A stretch of DNA of 64,000 bases from an uncultured delta proteobacterium (GCA_963733195.1 CAVTCR010000007.1:37305-101304); one strand, 5' to 3'. Positions 33,208 through 51,523 are shown, counted from the stretch's first letter. Program-made: numbers and translations. The notes: generated by a model from the letters alone, not told the origin.

Positions 33208-33304
33208 ATCGTGTCGCTACTCACATACTTTTTCTTCTGTTTAATTTTTATTCCTTCACAACCTGAGAGACCCCATCGCGTGGGGAAGAGTCTTTGCCTT
33301 CTGA

Positions 33305-35287
<1,983 letters not shown>

Positions 35288-35290
<3 letters not shown>

Positions 35291-35415
35291 GATGTAGGAA
35301 CTAGGAGTTGGGATTCAGAGAAAAAGAAATCAAAAGTCAAAAGGCAAAAATAGGAAAATCGTGATCTTACTTTTTCCTGTTGTTTTCTGCCAAATCCTAA
35401 ATCCCAATTCCTACA
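35288..35415. repeat. Inverted 7-mer tandem repeat arms
   Basis: taggatg/taggaac/taggagt/tgggatt ... aaatcct/aaatccc/aattcct plus caaaagt/caaaagg. Confidence 0.7.
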
Positions 35416-35480
35416 GCCTCATTAGCAATTGACAACGTAGACCTTACTTGTCTATATTCCCTTCCGACAGGAAGATACCA

Positions 35481-35780
35481 ATGGCAAAGCTCAGAGCGAT
35501 CTCTGGCGGGAAAGGGAAGCCTCTTTCGCTCGTCTACGGTTTACGACTATACAATGCCGGAGAGGTTGCAGGGATAGACGAAGGGCATGTAACACTTGGT
35601 GATGGTTCTGAGAGCCATGTCACACTGCATTTGATTGAGGGAACTCGCGAGCAGATCCGTGCGCAATTGCTTTCCAGCATCGAGGCGTTCTTCGAGATCT
35701 ATGGTGATCCTCCTCCTGCCCGCCGTTTTTCTTCGCTACGGAACCGAAAAGAAACAGAAGGGAATGAACCTGGGTGTTAG
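35481..35780 (+). CDS. Hypothetical protein
   Basis: 99-aa ORF, AGGAAG RBS. Confidence 0.7.
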   Translation: MAKLRAISGGKGKPLSLVYGLRLYNAGEVAGIDEGHVTLGDGSESHVTLHLIEGTREQIRAQLLSSIEAFFEIYGDPPPARRFSSLRNRKETEGNEPGC

Positions 35781-35848
35781 GCAGGGTGCGAATCTTGGCG
35801 GTTTCTCTGATGTTGTCAGTCGGGTGAAGTCACTCACAAAAGGATACT

Positions 35849-36310
35849 ATGCCATCGTTATTTCGTCGTATTAGTGCATTGTGGAAAAAAGACCAGCCTG
35901 CAGCACCATTGCCACCAACAGAACTCCATCCTCCTCCAGCGCCGACGCCATTACCGACCCCTGTTGGTCCGCTCCAAGCGATAGCTCAACCGCTCGACCC
36001 CTCTCAACCACTGAGTGAAGACCTGGTCTTCCAAGCGCTGCGAAAATGTCGTGATCCGGAAATCCCGGTGAATATCGTTGATCTTGGCTTGATCTACGAT
36101 GTCAGGATTATGGGTGATCTTGTCAATGTCACAATGTCCCTCACGACACAGGGGTGTGGTATGGGGGGATACATTTCTCAAGAGGCCGAAGAGCAGATTC
36201 GTTCGCTGCCTGGAGTGCGTGAGGCCAAAGTCGAAATTGTTTGGGATCCGCCCTGGAATCCGAGCATGATTAGTGAGGCTGGGCGGAAAGTGTTGGGGTT
36301 GCCGGAATAG
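35849..36310 (+). CDS. DUF59 / SufT-like Fe-S cluster assembly protein
   Basis: DPEIPVNIVDLGLIY...MSLTTQGCGMG...VWDPPWNPSMIS. Confidence 0.92.
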   Translation: MPSLFRRISALWKKDQPAAPLPPTELHPPPAPTPLPTPVGPLQAIAQPLDPSQPLSEDLVFQALRKCRDPEIPVNIVDLGLIYDVRIMGDLVNVTMSLTTQGCGMGGYISQEAEEQIRSLPGVREAKVEIVWDPPWNPSMISEAGRKVLGLPE

Positions 36311-36384
36311 CTACATAGAAGGCACACCAAGATAAAGATTTTCACTTGAGTGCTCCGTGGCGAGGCGCAGCCCGTCTTCGCACC

Positions 36385-36485
36385 AGGGAAAAAGGGGAAA
36401 TGGCGAAATGGGGAAACGGAGAAGACAAGAAAAAAAGCGCGCTTTTCCTTTTCCCCTTTTAACCTTTTCGCCGTTTCCCCTTCTT
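36385..36485. repeat. Inverted 8-mer tandem repeat arms
   Basis: ggggaaat/ggcgaaat/ggggaaac/ggagaa ... ttttcccc/ttttcgcc/gtttcccc. Confidence 0.7.
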
Positions 36486-36740
36486 AATTCGTAGGGCAGG
36501 CTGTGCCTCCAGGTCAGCTTCTTCATCGTATGGCAAATAAGCTTGCCGCTCCTTCGAGGAAAATGCTTCGGTCTCCCACCAAGAAAGCTGCAATAACCGC
36601 CGTACTTGTCCACGCGTGAGCACACCAGAACGATAGCCTTCCACGGCAACCGCTTCCAGGACTCGGCGGGGCATATCTTACCAAGCAGTTTCAGAGTTGC
36701 TGCGCGATATCATCTGGGAGTTCGACGGCGGACGTTCAAG
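36459..36740 (-). pseudogene. UPF0175 family (antitoxin-like) protein, frameshifted
   Basis: VELPDDIAQQL...RRVLEAVAVEGYRSGVLTRGQVRRLLQLSWWETEAF. Confidence 0.7.
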
Positions 36741-36959
36741 GGTAAATGTTCCTCGCTATGCTCTGGAGAGTTCTATAAGATTCGAGACCTACGCACGTTT
36801 CTAGATTCATATAGGCCAACTCATTCGAGTACCGTTACTATTTGGCTATTGGACGGAATGTTTCATTGCTTCCTGAAACTCATAGAATGATGCTTAGCAC
36901 ACGAGACGTATTCTTCCGTGACCTTCGAAGGAAATCCTTCAGTGTATCACGAAGGAAAA

Positions 36960-37690
36960 ACGCTGGGTGCAATAGGTCAGAGTATCGCCGGTCATGAGTA
37001 AGGGCATCAGGTTAGTAACACCTTCCTACCTCCTGAGAGTCGTACTGAACTGGGAAATGAGTTATTGGCAAAGGTTATCCGGAAATATCCACAAACGAAG
37101 CGCTTCGGCGTGAGCCAACACACGGTGAAGCGTGTTATGGCAGTCTTGAGAAACCGTCAGATCAAATTGCCGATTGGCCGGACTGGATTCGCCAATGTAG
37201 AGACTGCGAGAGATGTTTTTGTTGGGTATCTGATGTTTGATGCTTGGATTGCGAACCAGGATCGGCATCACGAGAACTGGGGACTTGTCGTGACCCTGGA
37301 AACGACACACCTTGCTCCTTCTTATGACCATGCTTCCAGTCTGGGGAGTGGTGAAACAGATACTGACCGGGAAGACAGGCTCTCACCAAGCGACAAACGG
37401 CGGTCCGTGGAAAGGTATGTCGAACGAGCAGTCTCTGCTTTGATGCTTCATCTGCTAGCAAAAAGCCTTTGTCGCCACTGGAGGCCTTTTATGAAGCTGG
37501 GAAACTGAGACTTCAAGCTGCCGACGGGTGGCTTGAACGTCTTCGGCAGGTGTCTCTGCAAAAGGTCGCCTCCATATTTGATACAGATTTCACCGGAGCG
37601 CATTTCTCTTGTTGCAAGTAGGTTTGCGCAAAAAATGCTGGAGGTAAACTGTCAACGCTTACTGGCGTTACAAGGAGTGTGGTCATGAAG
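36960..37690 (+). pseudogene. HipA-like kinase, 5' part missing or degraded, frameshifted
   Basis: GNELLAKV, YLMFDAWIANQDRHHENWG, LAPSYDHASSLG. Confidence 0.82.
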
Positions 37691-38431
37691 ATTTTATACC
37701 TGAGCCTGGCCGGCGATCCGTAAGAGCCGCAGTTGGTTTCCGGTCGGGAGATTGAGCTTCGACGGGAGAGGTGTACCGCTTCGTGTACACGAAAGGCGTA
37801 AAGCAGTCACCTAACTTCATTCCATTTGCACGGATGGAAGCTCTGACAACGATCTACGAATCCGATGAGTTGTTTCCCTTGTTTGCCAATCGGCTTTAGA
37901 TTGTCGAAAAAGCGGCCAGAGTACCAAGACTTTCTTCACTGGTTGAATACACGGCCAGGTGAAGATGATCCGCTAAACGTTGCTGGCTTGCACTTGGAGG
38001 GATGCAAAAAGCAGACTTGTTGGCTACTCTTCCCATGCCCCTATCGAGGGCCTGACAACATGTATCGCATAGCGCTTCTTCAGTCATGGGCTTCGGTATC
38101 TGTTGCCGAGAGGCTATCCTGCGAATTCACAAGCTTTCACCTGGAGAGCAATTGTACCTCATGCTTGATCCGCAAAATAAGCATGACCCAGATGCAGTAG
38201 CACTGCGCACTGATGACCCGGCAACCCTGGTGGGATACTGTCCACGCTATTTTGCGGGAGACTTCCTTCGCTTGTCACGGGAGGCTGGAATTGAAAACAC
38301 CAAAGTTGTCGTTGAGAGAGTCAACCCGGAGGCTCCGATTCAGTTACGGCTTCTGTGGCACTTCTAGATCTGCGAACTGGCCAGAGAGTTTTCGCCCTTG
38401 CTCTGGAGAGTGGTATGAGCCGTTAGCCTAA
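37685..38431 (+). CDS. HIRAN domain protein (HipA-like kinase partner), many frameshifts
   Basis: SRSWFPVGRL, ELFPLFANR, KKRPEY, DPQNKHDPDAVAL..LVGYCPRY, VERVNPEAPIQLRLL. Confidence 0.8.
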
Positions 38432-38445
38432 CTCCCACTCCCTAG

Positions 38446-38635
38446 CTAGATGCGCCACGCACGGGTCTCAGCGGGTGGTGGGTCGAGGCGAGTTTGATGG
38501 GGTTTACTAGTGCGAATCGCTTCGGCCATGGCATCGTAGATTGTAAGGATCGCGTGTTTGGTGCGGTACTCTCCCCATGTTCTGTTCGTCCTTCATTCGC
38601 TTGACGATGGAGAAGGTTTCCCTACGGAACTTCAT
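38446..38635 (-). pseudogene. Relic C-terminus of a second large DNA methyltransferase
   Basis: Own translation ETFSIVKR.KDEQ.WGEYRTKHAILTIYDAMAEAIRTSKPHQTRLDPPPA. Confidence 0.65.
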
Positions 38636-39386
38636 TCAGTCAGCCAATGGAATCTTTTCCAGCACTGCTTGTGTGAGTGGACAGACGAGACCATACTCCT
38701 GTTTAGCAAGCAATGGTGCACAGCGAGGAAATCGGGAGATCACCGCTAACCAGATGAGATCAAAAACTTCCGTACCATCCTGAATTATTTCTTTTGCCCA
38801 TGTCTCATCAAAGCTGTCCGTAATGAGCAGGGCAGTCTCTCCCATCATTCTAGAGACAAGATCTACAGATGGATGAACGTATTTGCTGGTAAGTTTTTCC
38901 CAGAGTGCATGATAATATTCTTGGACCTCTTGTTCCTGTTCTACTACAGGCAAAACTTTGCTAAGCATTGGACATATACAATTGTCCCAGCGCAATTTGT
39001 TCTCGCGCTGCGCCAACCACGTAGTTTTGTCATTGAGGGACGGACCTGGTGGGGATTCACCTGTATAAGTGTCGGTATAATACGCTCGATAGATCAGCTC
39101 CCACGCAAACCGAAGACCACGGCCTAGCAATGGGTAGTTGCCAGACAGGAAATGCAGTTGAAACCATTGCACTTCCTTGAACAAGGAAAGGAAATACGCG
39201 GAGACCAGACTCTGGGAGATTTCGTCGCTGGTATAGGTGCGTCCTATAGCTGATGGAGATGTCTATCCAATCGTTCGCAAGCTTGTAGCAAAGTGGAATG
39301 CTTGCTCTTGACCTAATTTGAGAATGCTCTCCTGCTCGATTTCTTTCAAGCGATCGTAGACCTGAGACAAATAGGACGAATAATTA

Positions 39387-39394
<8 letters not shown>
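38636..39394 (-). CDS. Hypothetical protein, low GC, frameshifted
   Basis: ATG overlaps the methyltransferase end; 182-aa 3' ORF. Confidence 0.6.
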
Positions 39395-44147
<4,753 letters not shown>

Positions 44148-44151
<4 letters not shown>

Positions 44152-46866
44152 CTCGCCGCCTCCGGCAGGAGGATGTACACACCAAGAAGATCCATCGGCA
44201 GCACAGGATAGCACGACCTGGAAGCGTTTGGCGTCCATCAGCGCGCTGAAGCGCTCATGCGCCTCGACCAGCTTTTGCGATTGCCGCTCAGCGACGGCGT
44301 CAAACTCGCTCTTGCAGGGAGTCCAGTGAGGCTCAACTCGTTTTCAAGGAAACTCGCTCGCGCTTGGACGGAGAGATCCGAAGAGGCCCGTGCGGAAGCG
44401 AGTAGCGCCTTGGCCTGTGCGTGATCGAGGAACTCCTTCTGCTGCGGCGTGCCGCGCCAGCCCCAGAGGAGCATCTCCTCCGCAACGATCTCGTCGCGGT
44501 CCTTTCCGCTGCTCGATGACGTTGCGGCAGCGGAACAGGAGCAGCGTGGTCTTCGTGGTAAACTGCTCGCGTGCGAATGACCGCGGCGCGCGCGGCGCCT
44601 TGTCCTACGCGCGCGAGGCTGTGCGCCATCACGAACTGGCAGAGCTGCTCGACGAAACGATGGTTGCGCCCGAGGTAGTGATACGCCTTTGGCGTCGGTG
44701 AGCGAAGCTGACTGTGATGGATTCGATCGGCTGGGAGCAGCTCGACGGAGCTGGGGCGGGAGATTACCGGTGACCAAGCGCGCAGCCTCGCATTTTCTTC
44801 GGTCAACTTGCACGCCGAGCAATTCGGTCAGCGCGCCGATGACGAAGCGCTCGACTGCCTCGACATCGCCGATCGCGTCGTCGGCTTCGCGCAAATCGAT
44901 CTTCGATTTCATCGGGCCTTGATGGCGTCTGGGCGAAGATGCTGCGTGGCACCTTCTCGCGCTCGGCGGCCTCTTCGATCTTGCGCGTGACGATGCTTTG
45001 GCCTCGCGCCGCCTCGTCGAATTTGCCGAGATCGAAGTTCGAGTTGCTTCCGTCATCCCGCGCCTTCGCGATCTGCCGGTTCGGGATTGAACAGGAGAGC
45101 CTTTGTGATGCTGTCGATAATGCTCTGGGTGTCCTCCGGAAATGGAACATTGATGCCGGTAGAGCGCTTGATCTCGCGCACCTTTCTCAGGAGCACGTCG
45201 AGGACGATGCCATCGATGGGATTGTCGCCACCGAAGAGCAGGCAGGCTTTCACCTCGGGCGCGGTCTGGCCAAAGCGATCAACGCGGCCTTCGCGCTGCT
45301 CGAGGCGATTCGGATTCCAAGGCAGATCATAGTGGAGAACCGCGGTGAAGGACTCTTGGAGATTGATGCCTTCGCTCAGGCAGTCGGTGGCGACAAGACA
45401 CGCGCGGCGCTTTTGCCCATATCGTCAATGCGCTGCTTCCGCACATCGTCGGGATCTTCGCTCGTCATTACCTGCGACGTCGAGCTTAGGGAACTTCTTG
45501 CTGCAGGAGCGGGCCGAGTTGCTCGCCCAGGTATCTCGCCGTTGCGATATAGCGGCAAAAGACCACGGGTTGAAACCTATCACGAAGCCAATGATCCAGA
45601 ATCACCTCGGCGGCCGAGAGCTTCTGGTCATCCTCGGACGTTCGCCAGCGTCTCGCCAGCTCATCGGCGAAGCTGGCGCAGCTGCTGGCGCTGATACTCG
45701 GTCCAGGCGATACGTTCGACGATTTGGGTCGGCGTGTTGTCGCCGTCGAAGCCAAAGTCCGTGATCGCGAACGGGATTCTCTGCTGTCAGCTGTCGGAGC
45801 TCTCGCTCGCCGCGCTTCATCGTCTACGGCCGCCGAGGCCAGCTTATCGAGCCGAGTATTCAAGCATCTCGACGCCAGCTGCCGGGCTCGACATCACGCC
45901 GCGAAGCAGAGCCAAGAGCCGTCCAATACTGCACGCGCTTGTGCCGTCGCTGGCGACGCGTCGTGGCACGACGAGCTTGCGGGCGAAATCGAGGATGTAC
46001 ATCGAAGAACGCTGCCATAGCTCCGGGGAGAGGTCGTAGGGCCACTCGAAGGCTTCGCGCTTTGGGAACGGCGTGTCTTCGCCCATCCACTTTTCAACAT
46101 CGGCGCGCTTCCGTTGCACGAAGTACCCGGCGAGTTCGCGACGTTGGTCCTGCGTTGAGGAAGGCAGATCGAGTGGCTCGAAATCGGGCTTCAGGAGTCC
46201 GAGCAGCGACTGGAATTCCTCCGGTTTGCCGCTGTGCGGCGTCGCGGTGAGCAGGACCAGGTGCTGGCCGGGCTTTCGCGCGATGCGACTGACGAGATGA
46301 TGGCGTTGCTGCTGACCGGCGGACGCACCGGTGGGCCGCGCGCAAGTGTGCACTTCATCCACGATGACGAGTTCCGGACATTGCTCGACGAAGACATCCC
46401 TGCGCGTTTCGGACTTGATGAAGTCGATGCTGATGACTTGATACGGATAGTAATCGTAGACGCTCGTGTCGCCTTGGATTTGGCGGTCGAGCCGCGCCTG
46501 GGTGTTCGATCGGATGATGACGGCTTCGAGGTCGAGCTTGTCGCGGATTTCGGCCTGCCACTGGTCGCACAGATGCGGCAGGCAGACAGACGGCGAAGCG
46601 CTTAATCTTGCCGCCGTTCCAAAAATTCCCTGCACGATCAACAACGCTTCGACCGTCTTACCAACGCCAACATCGTCCGCGACAAGCAAACGCACCGACT
46701 CCTGACGCAAAGCCATGATCAGCGGAACCATCTGGTAGGGCGTGGCCGGAAACGAGAGCTTAGCCAGGGAGCGAAACGGTCCGGCGCCGTTGCGGAACGC
46801 GAGGCGGGCCGAGTCGTAGAGCAGGCGCGCCGTGCTGATGTGCTCGCAGGTACTCCTGCGTCGGCT
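44148..46866 (-). CDS. SNF2-family helicase (DrmD-like), N-terminus missing, many frameshifts
   Basis: LLVADDVGVGKTVEA, LVIVDEVH, LLTATPHSGK, PVVFCRYIATA. Confidence 0.88.
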
Positions 46867-49158
46867 CGAGAAATCGTGCAAAGAAATTCTCTTCGGTCCG
46901 CGTGACTCAACCTGCCCAGGAGTGGGGCGTCTTTCCAGAAATCGTCTGTCGCGGCAATCTCGTCCAGATCTGCATACTCAATAGTCAGGAGAGCGCATTG
47001 TTCCAAGTTGGGCAGGACAATCCGCCAACTGCGCCGCAAATCTGCGATAGCGCGGTAGACGAGATAGTCTTGAAAGCACTGTTCATAGTTCCGTCGCACT
47101 GGAGCAAGCGTCGGCTCCTCCTTGATGTTGGCAAAGTCCAGAAATGGCAGTCCGAGCGCCTTGAATACCGCCTCTCCGATGGTTGCGTAAGTCAATGAGC
47201 CAGTTGAGGATTGTTCCAATGCCTTGCGGATGCTGGCGCGGAGACGGACGACTTGTACGAAATCGTTGAAATGGCCAGCTTGCAAGGCGGCGTCCTGGCG
47301 GTTGTCCGTGAAGCTGAGGAGCTTTTGGTCTTCCCGTTTGAACCCGGCATCGTCAAGTTGGTTAAGGATGGAGAAGGCGGTGATCGTCGTTGAAGTGCTG
47401 CGTCCTTCACTCCCGAGCTTCGTTAGCTTTGTCCCTTCATTTGTCTTGGTATCGAAGAAGACGCCGCCCGTCGAGTCGAAGAGCAGTGGGGCTTTCATGA
47501 ACCAGCCCCACCACTTCATCGGAGTCGTTTCAGAGCAGTTGCCAAACTCGTCGAAGGAGAGCTTCACAGGGAAGAAGGCTTTCTTCTCCGCACGCGGAAT
47601 GAGACCGGCCTTCGTCAGTCGTAGCCAGGTTTCCGGGAGGAGTTCACTATCCTCAGACGGGTCCCAAATATCCTCTCCGACTATCAGATAACCGTCGGTG
47701 GCCTCGGTGTCATCGTCAGAACTGTCCCGGAACTCGCGAGGTTCCAGTCGATTCCCTATGCGGGAAACACAGATAAAAGCGTGGCCACTGGCGCGGCTGA
47801 ATACATTGGGAAAGATCGGCTTTTTGTCTTCTTCGTCGCTCTTGTACACTCCTGGCTCAAGGGTGATGAACCGATTCTCATCCTGGTCAAGTGTTGTGTA
47901 TACCGAGCCAGTCTGAGAGATGAACTGGTGGAGCTTGAACGGCAGCAGCGTGTAGCGCTGGCCAACGCTCCTGAAGCCGTTGATTCGCGGAGCTGATCCA
48001 CTGCAGCAGGTGTTCGAGAAAGCCACGACAGGTCGCTTCCGGCAGTCCGCACTCGCCAGAGAGCGCCTCCACGATCTGGGAAATGCGTTTCGGCTTACCA
48101 CGTACCAGGTGACCCTCGCGAGCTTCAAGAGCGACTGTATTTTCGAGCCACACAGCAACCGGATGCGCCTTGAGCATCGCCACATCATCTTCAGAGTTGA
48201 CACCTGCCGCGATAGCGGCGGCCAGCTCGGCCCCCGTCGGGAGTGTGTCGTTAAACGAGAGTGAACGGTCAAGGTATTCGGGAATTACCTGCTCCGGGGC
48301 GAACGGCTTGCCGAAAAGCTTCGTTGCCACATTTGCAACCTCAGCACGCTGCGCGGTGAGTGTGCCAACCGAGACCATTGTGGCTGACGTTCCGATGCAA
48401 ACCACCTGCTGTGCACAACAGGAGCGGATACGACGCATCAGGAGAGCGATGTCGGCACCCTGGCGACCGCGATAGGTGTGGAGTTCATCGAAGACGAGGA
48501 AACGCAGGTTCTCATAGATGCCATCTCGAATTGAGCGCTCTCGCAGGCGGGTGAGAAGCAGTTCCAGCATCATGTAGTTGGTGAGGAGAATCTGAGGCGG
48601 ATGCTCGCGCATCTTTGCGCGCTCCTCCTCTTTTTCTTGACCAGTATATTGGCCGAACGAGATCGGGAACTCTTTACCAGTCGCTTCCTCATAGTTGTTC
48701 TTGTACCGCGTGAACTCCTCGGACTGGGAGTTGATAAGGGCGTTCATCGGGTACACAACGACGGCCGTCACTCCCTTCGCACCCGGATGCGAAAGGAGAT
48801 GGTGAAAGATTGAACCAATGTAGGTGAGTGATTTGCCTGATCCGGTGCCCGATGTGACGACAAAGTCTTTTCCAGCCGTGCCCAACTTGATCGCTTCAAC
48901 TTGGTGGCGATAGAGCCTGTACCCTTTGAAGATGTCTCGGATATCTGGATGGAGAGTCCCCGCCCTCACAAGATCATCGAGACTGTTGGACATTTCAAAC
49001 GACGGGTTGAATTGGAGCAGCGGCTCAGGCCACAGCTTTCCTTTGTTCAACTCGTCCTCGACCACCTCACGGATCTGCGGGTCTGCGATCTTGAGGAAGC
49101 TGCGAATGTAAGTCGCGTAGTCGGAAACGATGCGGAAGTGCGTATAGAAGATGTTCAT
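46866..49158 (-). pseudogene. YprA/Hrq1-like DEAH-box helicase, C-terminal part absent, one frameshift near 47960
   Basis: LYRHQVEAI, TSGTGSGKS, VYPMNALINSQ, LLTNYMMLELLL, FDELHTYRGRQGAD, GTSATM, KLLSFTDNRQDAALQAGHFNDF, LPNLEQCALL. Confidence 0.88.
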
Positions 49159-49705
49159 GGTGATTACTCAATATGTCCGTCTACTCTACTGGTTTTCCGG
49201 CTTGGTCGTACTCCAAATAATCACAAGGAGCGATGTCGAAAATGACAGTGAGTGCTGATCCACTAGTGCAAAGAGAAACGCCTTCGAAGATAGAGCCTTC
49301 GTTGGAAATTCCGATTTTAATTTTCATGGTCACCGAAGTATGTTTTTCTATGAAGGAGTGAATGCCCTCGGGCACTGTCCTCCTAGGAGCAGTTTTGGGT
49401 TATAGACAAGGACTCTCAGCCTGCAATGCTACACACAGCTCGTTTCGTGTTCCCCTCTCTACAGAAAACGCTACTCCATTCGAGACTGAAGAGTCAAGAA
49501 AAAGCTAGACTTTGTGTTGGTTTATCTCGTCTCGACCAATGCTCGCTCCGTTACTCTGGTAGAATGGAACAAGAGCCAACACATCCGCGGGAACGAGGAT
49601 TTAGTCTCTCAATCGAGCGACGTAGCAGTCATCCGCGATGCTCCTAAAGTAGCAACCAGCTTTTCCTCTTGGCCTTGCTTACGCTTAACCTAAAGGCAAC
49701 CATTT

Positions 49706-50123
49706 ATAAGCCTGATACAAAACTCGGCCGACCGATCTCAATCTAAGCAATGGAGACGAATAGGGAACAGAGTGTGATGCACGTTAACGCTGGAGTGAAC
49801 AGCGAGTTAGTCTCTGCACTCCTGACCTCTCCAAACGACAGCCGAGGGCGTAATCCTCGGCAATGCGGACGATTCGTGAAGATAGCCATCTGGCTTCAGA
49901 GACATTCCCGCCAGTGCTACGCTTTAACTGCATCCTAATGAGACTCTATTAGAATTTCGGACATAATTACTGGATAATCATCTCAGCTTCGTGACACCTC
50001 CCTAGCGGTGGCTGTCCTCTACTTTTGTCAGAGCCGGACAACGGTGGTCATTTGAGGTGCTTACCTCCCACGTGATCAGGCGCTCGTCGCGGCTGATCAC
50101 CCTCTAGGGCGCAGGCTTATCAG
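49706..50123 (+). ncRNA. Candidate large structured non-coding RNA (family not recognised)
   Basis: No credible ORF; nested complementary segments listed in findings. Confidence 0.5.
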
Positions 50124-50143
50124 GGATTCAGATGCAAACCGCT

Positions 50144-51523
50144 CTAACGCCGAGCCCCTTTCCCTAATTGGCTCACTAATTCCTCAAGTTCCTTTATCTT
50201 TGCTGTAAGCTCCTCCCCCTTCTCGTGATCTGGACCGAGAAGTGATACGGCTTGCTGGTACTGGCTGAGTGCGGCATCCATCCGGCCCTGTAACTCCATG
50301 GCTTGGGCCAGCAGCAACCGTGCTTCACCGCTTTTCCCTTGTTGTTGGGCGAGTTGCGCCAACGTCATATAGGACTCGTCGAGGTATGGGTCAATGTCGA
50401 GTGCCGCACGACAGGATTTGTAAGCCTCTTCCTGATTCCCTTCCTTGAAGAACAAAGAGCACAGTTGGTTATGGGTGTCAGCATCTTGTGGATCGACTTC
50501 ACGCTGTTGCAAGAATAATTGCCTTGCCCGGTCTGTTTGGCCAAGTCGGAGGTAGGTGATGCCCAGCTCGCGGTTGAGATGAACTCCCTTTGCTCCTGCC
50601 TGTTCCAACAATTGCTGAGCTCGTTGCCAGTCGTTGTATTGCAGTAAGGCCGTACCGAGTAGTGCGAGCGCCTGGGGATTGTCTGGTGCTTCAGTGAGTT
50701 GCCGTTCGTAGTCAGCAATGACTCGATTGCGCGATTCTTGTGAGGCGCGGAGAACAGTTTGGACCCGACGCAATTCAAATGTGTCGGTTGGCGCTCGGCG
50801 ATTCCAGTTCAGGGTCTTCAGTGTTCGCTCAATGTAACTGAGGCGCTCTTCTGAAAGCGGGTGAGAGCGGAGATAGACAGGAACGTTGACCCCATTGATG
50901 CGGTCTTCTTTCTGCATGGTCTCAAAAAACCGTGGCATGGCATTAGGGTCAAAGCCCGCTTGGGCGAGATAATGCAAGCCTCGATAATCCGCTTCTTCCT
51001 CAAGCTGGCGTTGGTATTGGAGCTGCTTCACACCGGTGAGAGACGATACGCCAGCTGCGAGGACGGGATTAATGATCGCTAAGGCCAGCGAGGCCAAGCC
51101 AGCATACGAGAGGAGCTTGGTATCTTGCTGTTGGCGGACCATATGATGGCCTTGGACGTGGGCGATTTCATGCCCGAGGACGCTTGCCAACTCATCATCC
51201 GTCTGCACCCGCTGGATCAAACCTGAATGAACGTAGATGTAGCCACCAGGTGCCGCGAAGGCGTTAATATGCGGTTCTTGGATAACGGCGAAGTGATAGG
51301 TAAACTCCGCATTCTCCAGGTGTGCTACAAGGTGTTGCCCCAGCCGCTGGACGTAACGTCGAACCGTTGCATCCCGTACCAGTGGTAACTGGGCTCGGAC
51401 GACCAGAGAGAACTTGCGGCCGATCGTTGCTTCGCCTTCGTCGGACGCCCACAGTTGGGTGGAGAAAGAGACGCTCACAGTCAGAGCGATAAGTAGAATG
51501 CGCCAATAAGCCATGGTCCGCAC
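50144..51523 (-). CDS. M48 family metalloprotease with TPR repeats (BepA-like)
   Basis: INAFAAPGGYI, LASVLGHEIAHV, EEEADYRG, YLRSHP, C-terminal TPRs. Confidence 0.93.
   Translation of the reverse strand: MRTMAYWRILLIALTVSVSFSTQLWASDEGEATIGRKFSLVVRAQLPLVRDATVRRYVQRLGQHLVAHLENAEFTYHFAVIQEPHINAFAAPGGYIYVHSGLIQRVQTDDELASVLGHEIAHVQGHHMVRQQQDTKLLSYAGLASLALAIINPVLAAGVSSLTGVKQLQYQRQLEEEADYRGLHYLAQAGFDPNAMPRFFETMQKEDRINGVNVPVYLRSHPLSEERLSYIERTLKTLNWNRRAPTDTFELRRVQTVLRASQESRNRVIADYERQLTEAPDNPQALALLGTALLQYNDWQRAQQLLEQAGAKGVHLNRELGITYLRLGQTDRARQLFLQQREVDPQDADTHNQLCSLFFKEGNQEEAYKSCRAALDIDPYLDESYMTLAQLAQQQGKSGEARLLLAQAMELQGRMDAALSQYQQAVSLLGPDHEKGEELTAKIKELEELVSQLGKGARR

Noticed and set aside
44939-45694. 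251-aa plus-strand ORF opposite the SNF2 gene
   Set aside because: Antisense shadow ORF of a GC-rich coding region.
49181-49375. 64-aa ORF upstream of the helicase
   Set aside because: No convincing RBS or family motif; possibly a small gene fragment but not supportable.
49706-50123. tmRNA, RNase P, SRP RNA or group II intron
   Set aside because: No tRNA-like ends, no GAGGAAAGUCC, no SRP helix-8 motif, no domain V consensus on either strand.
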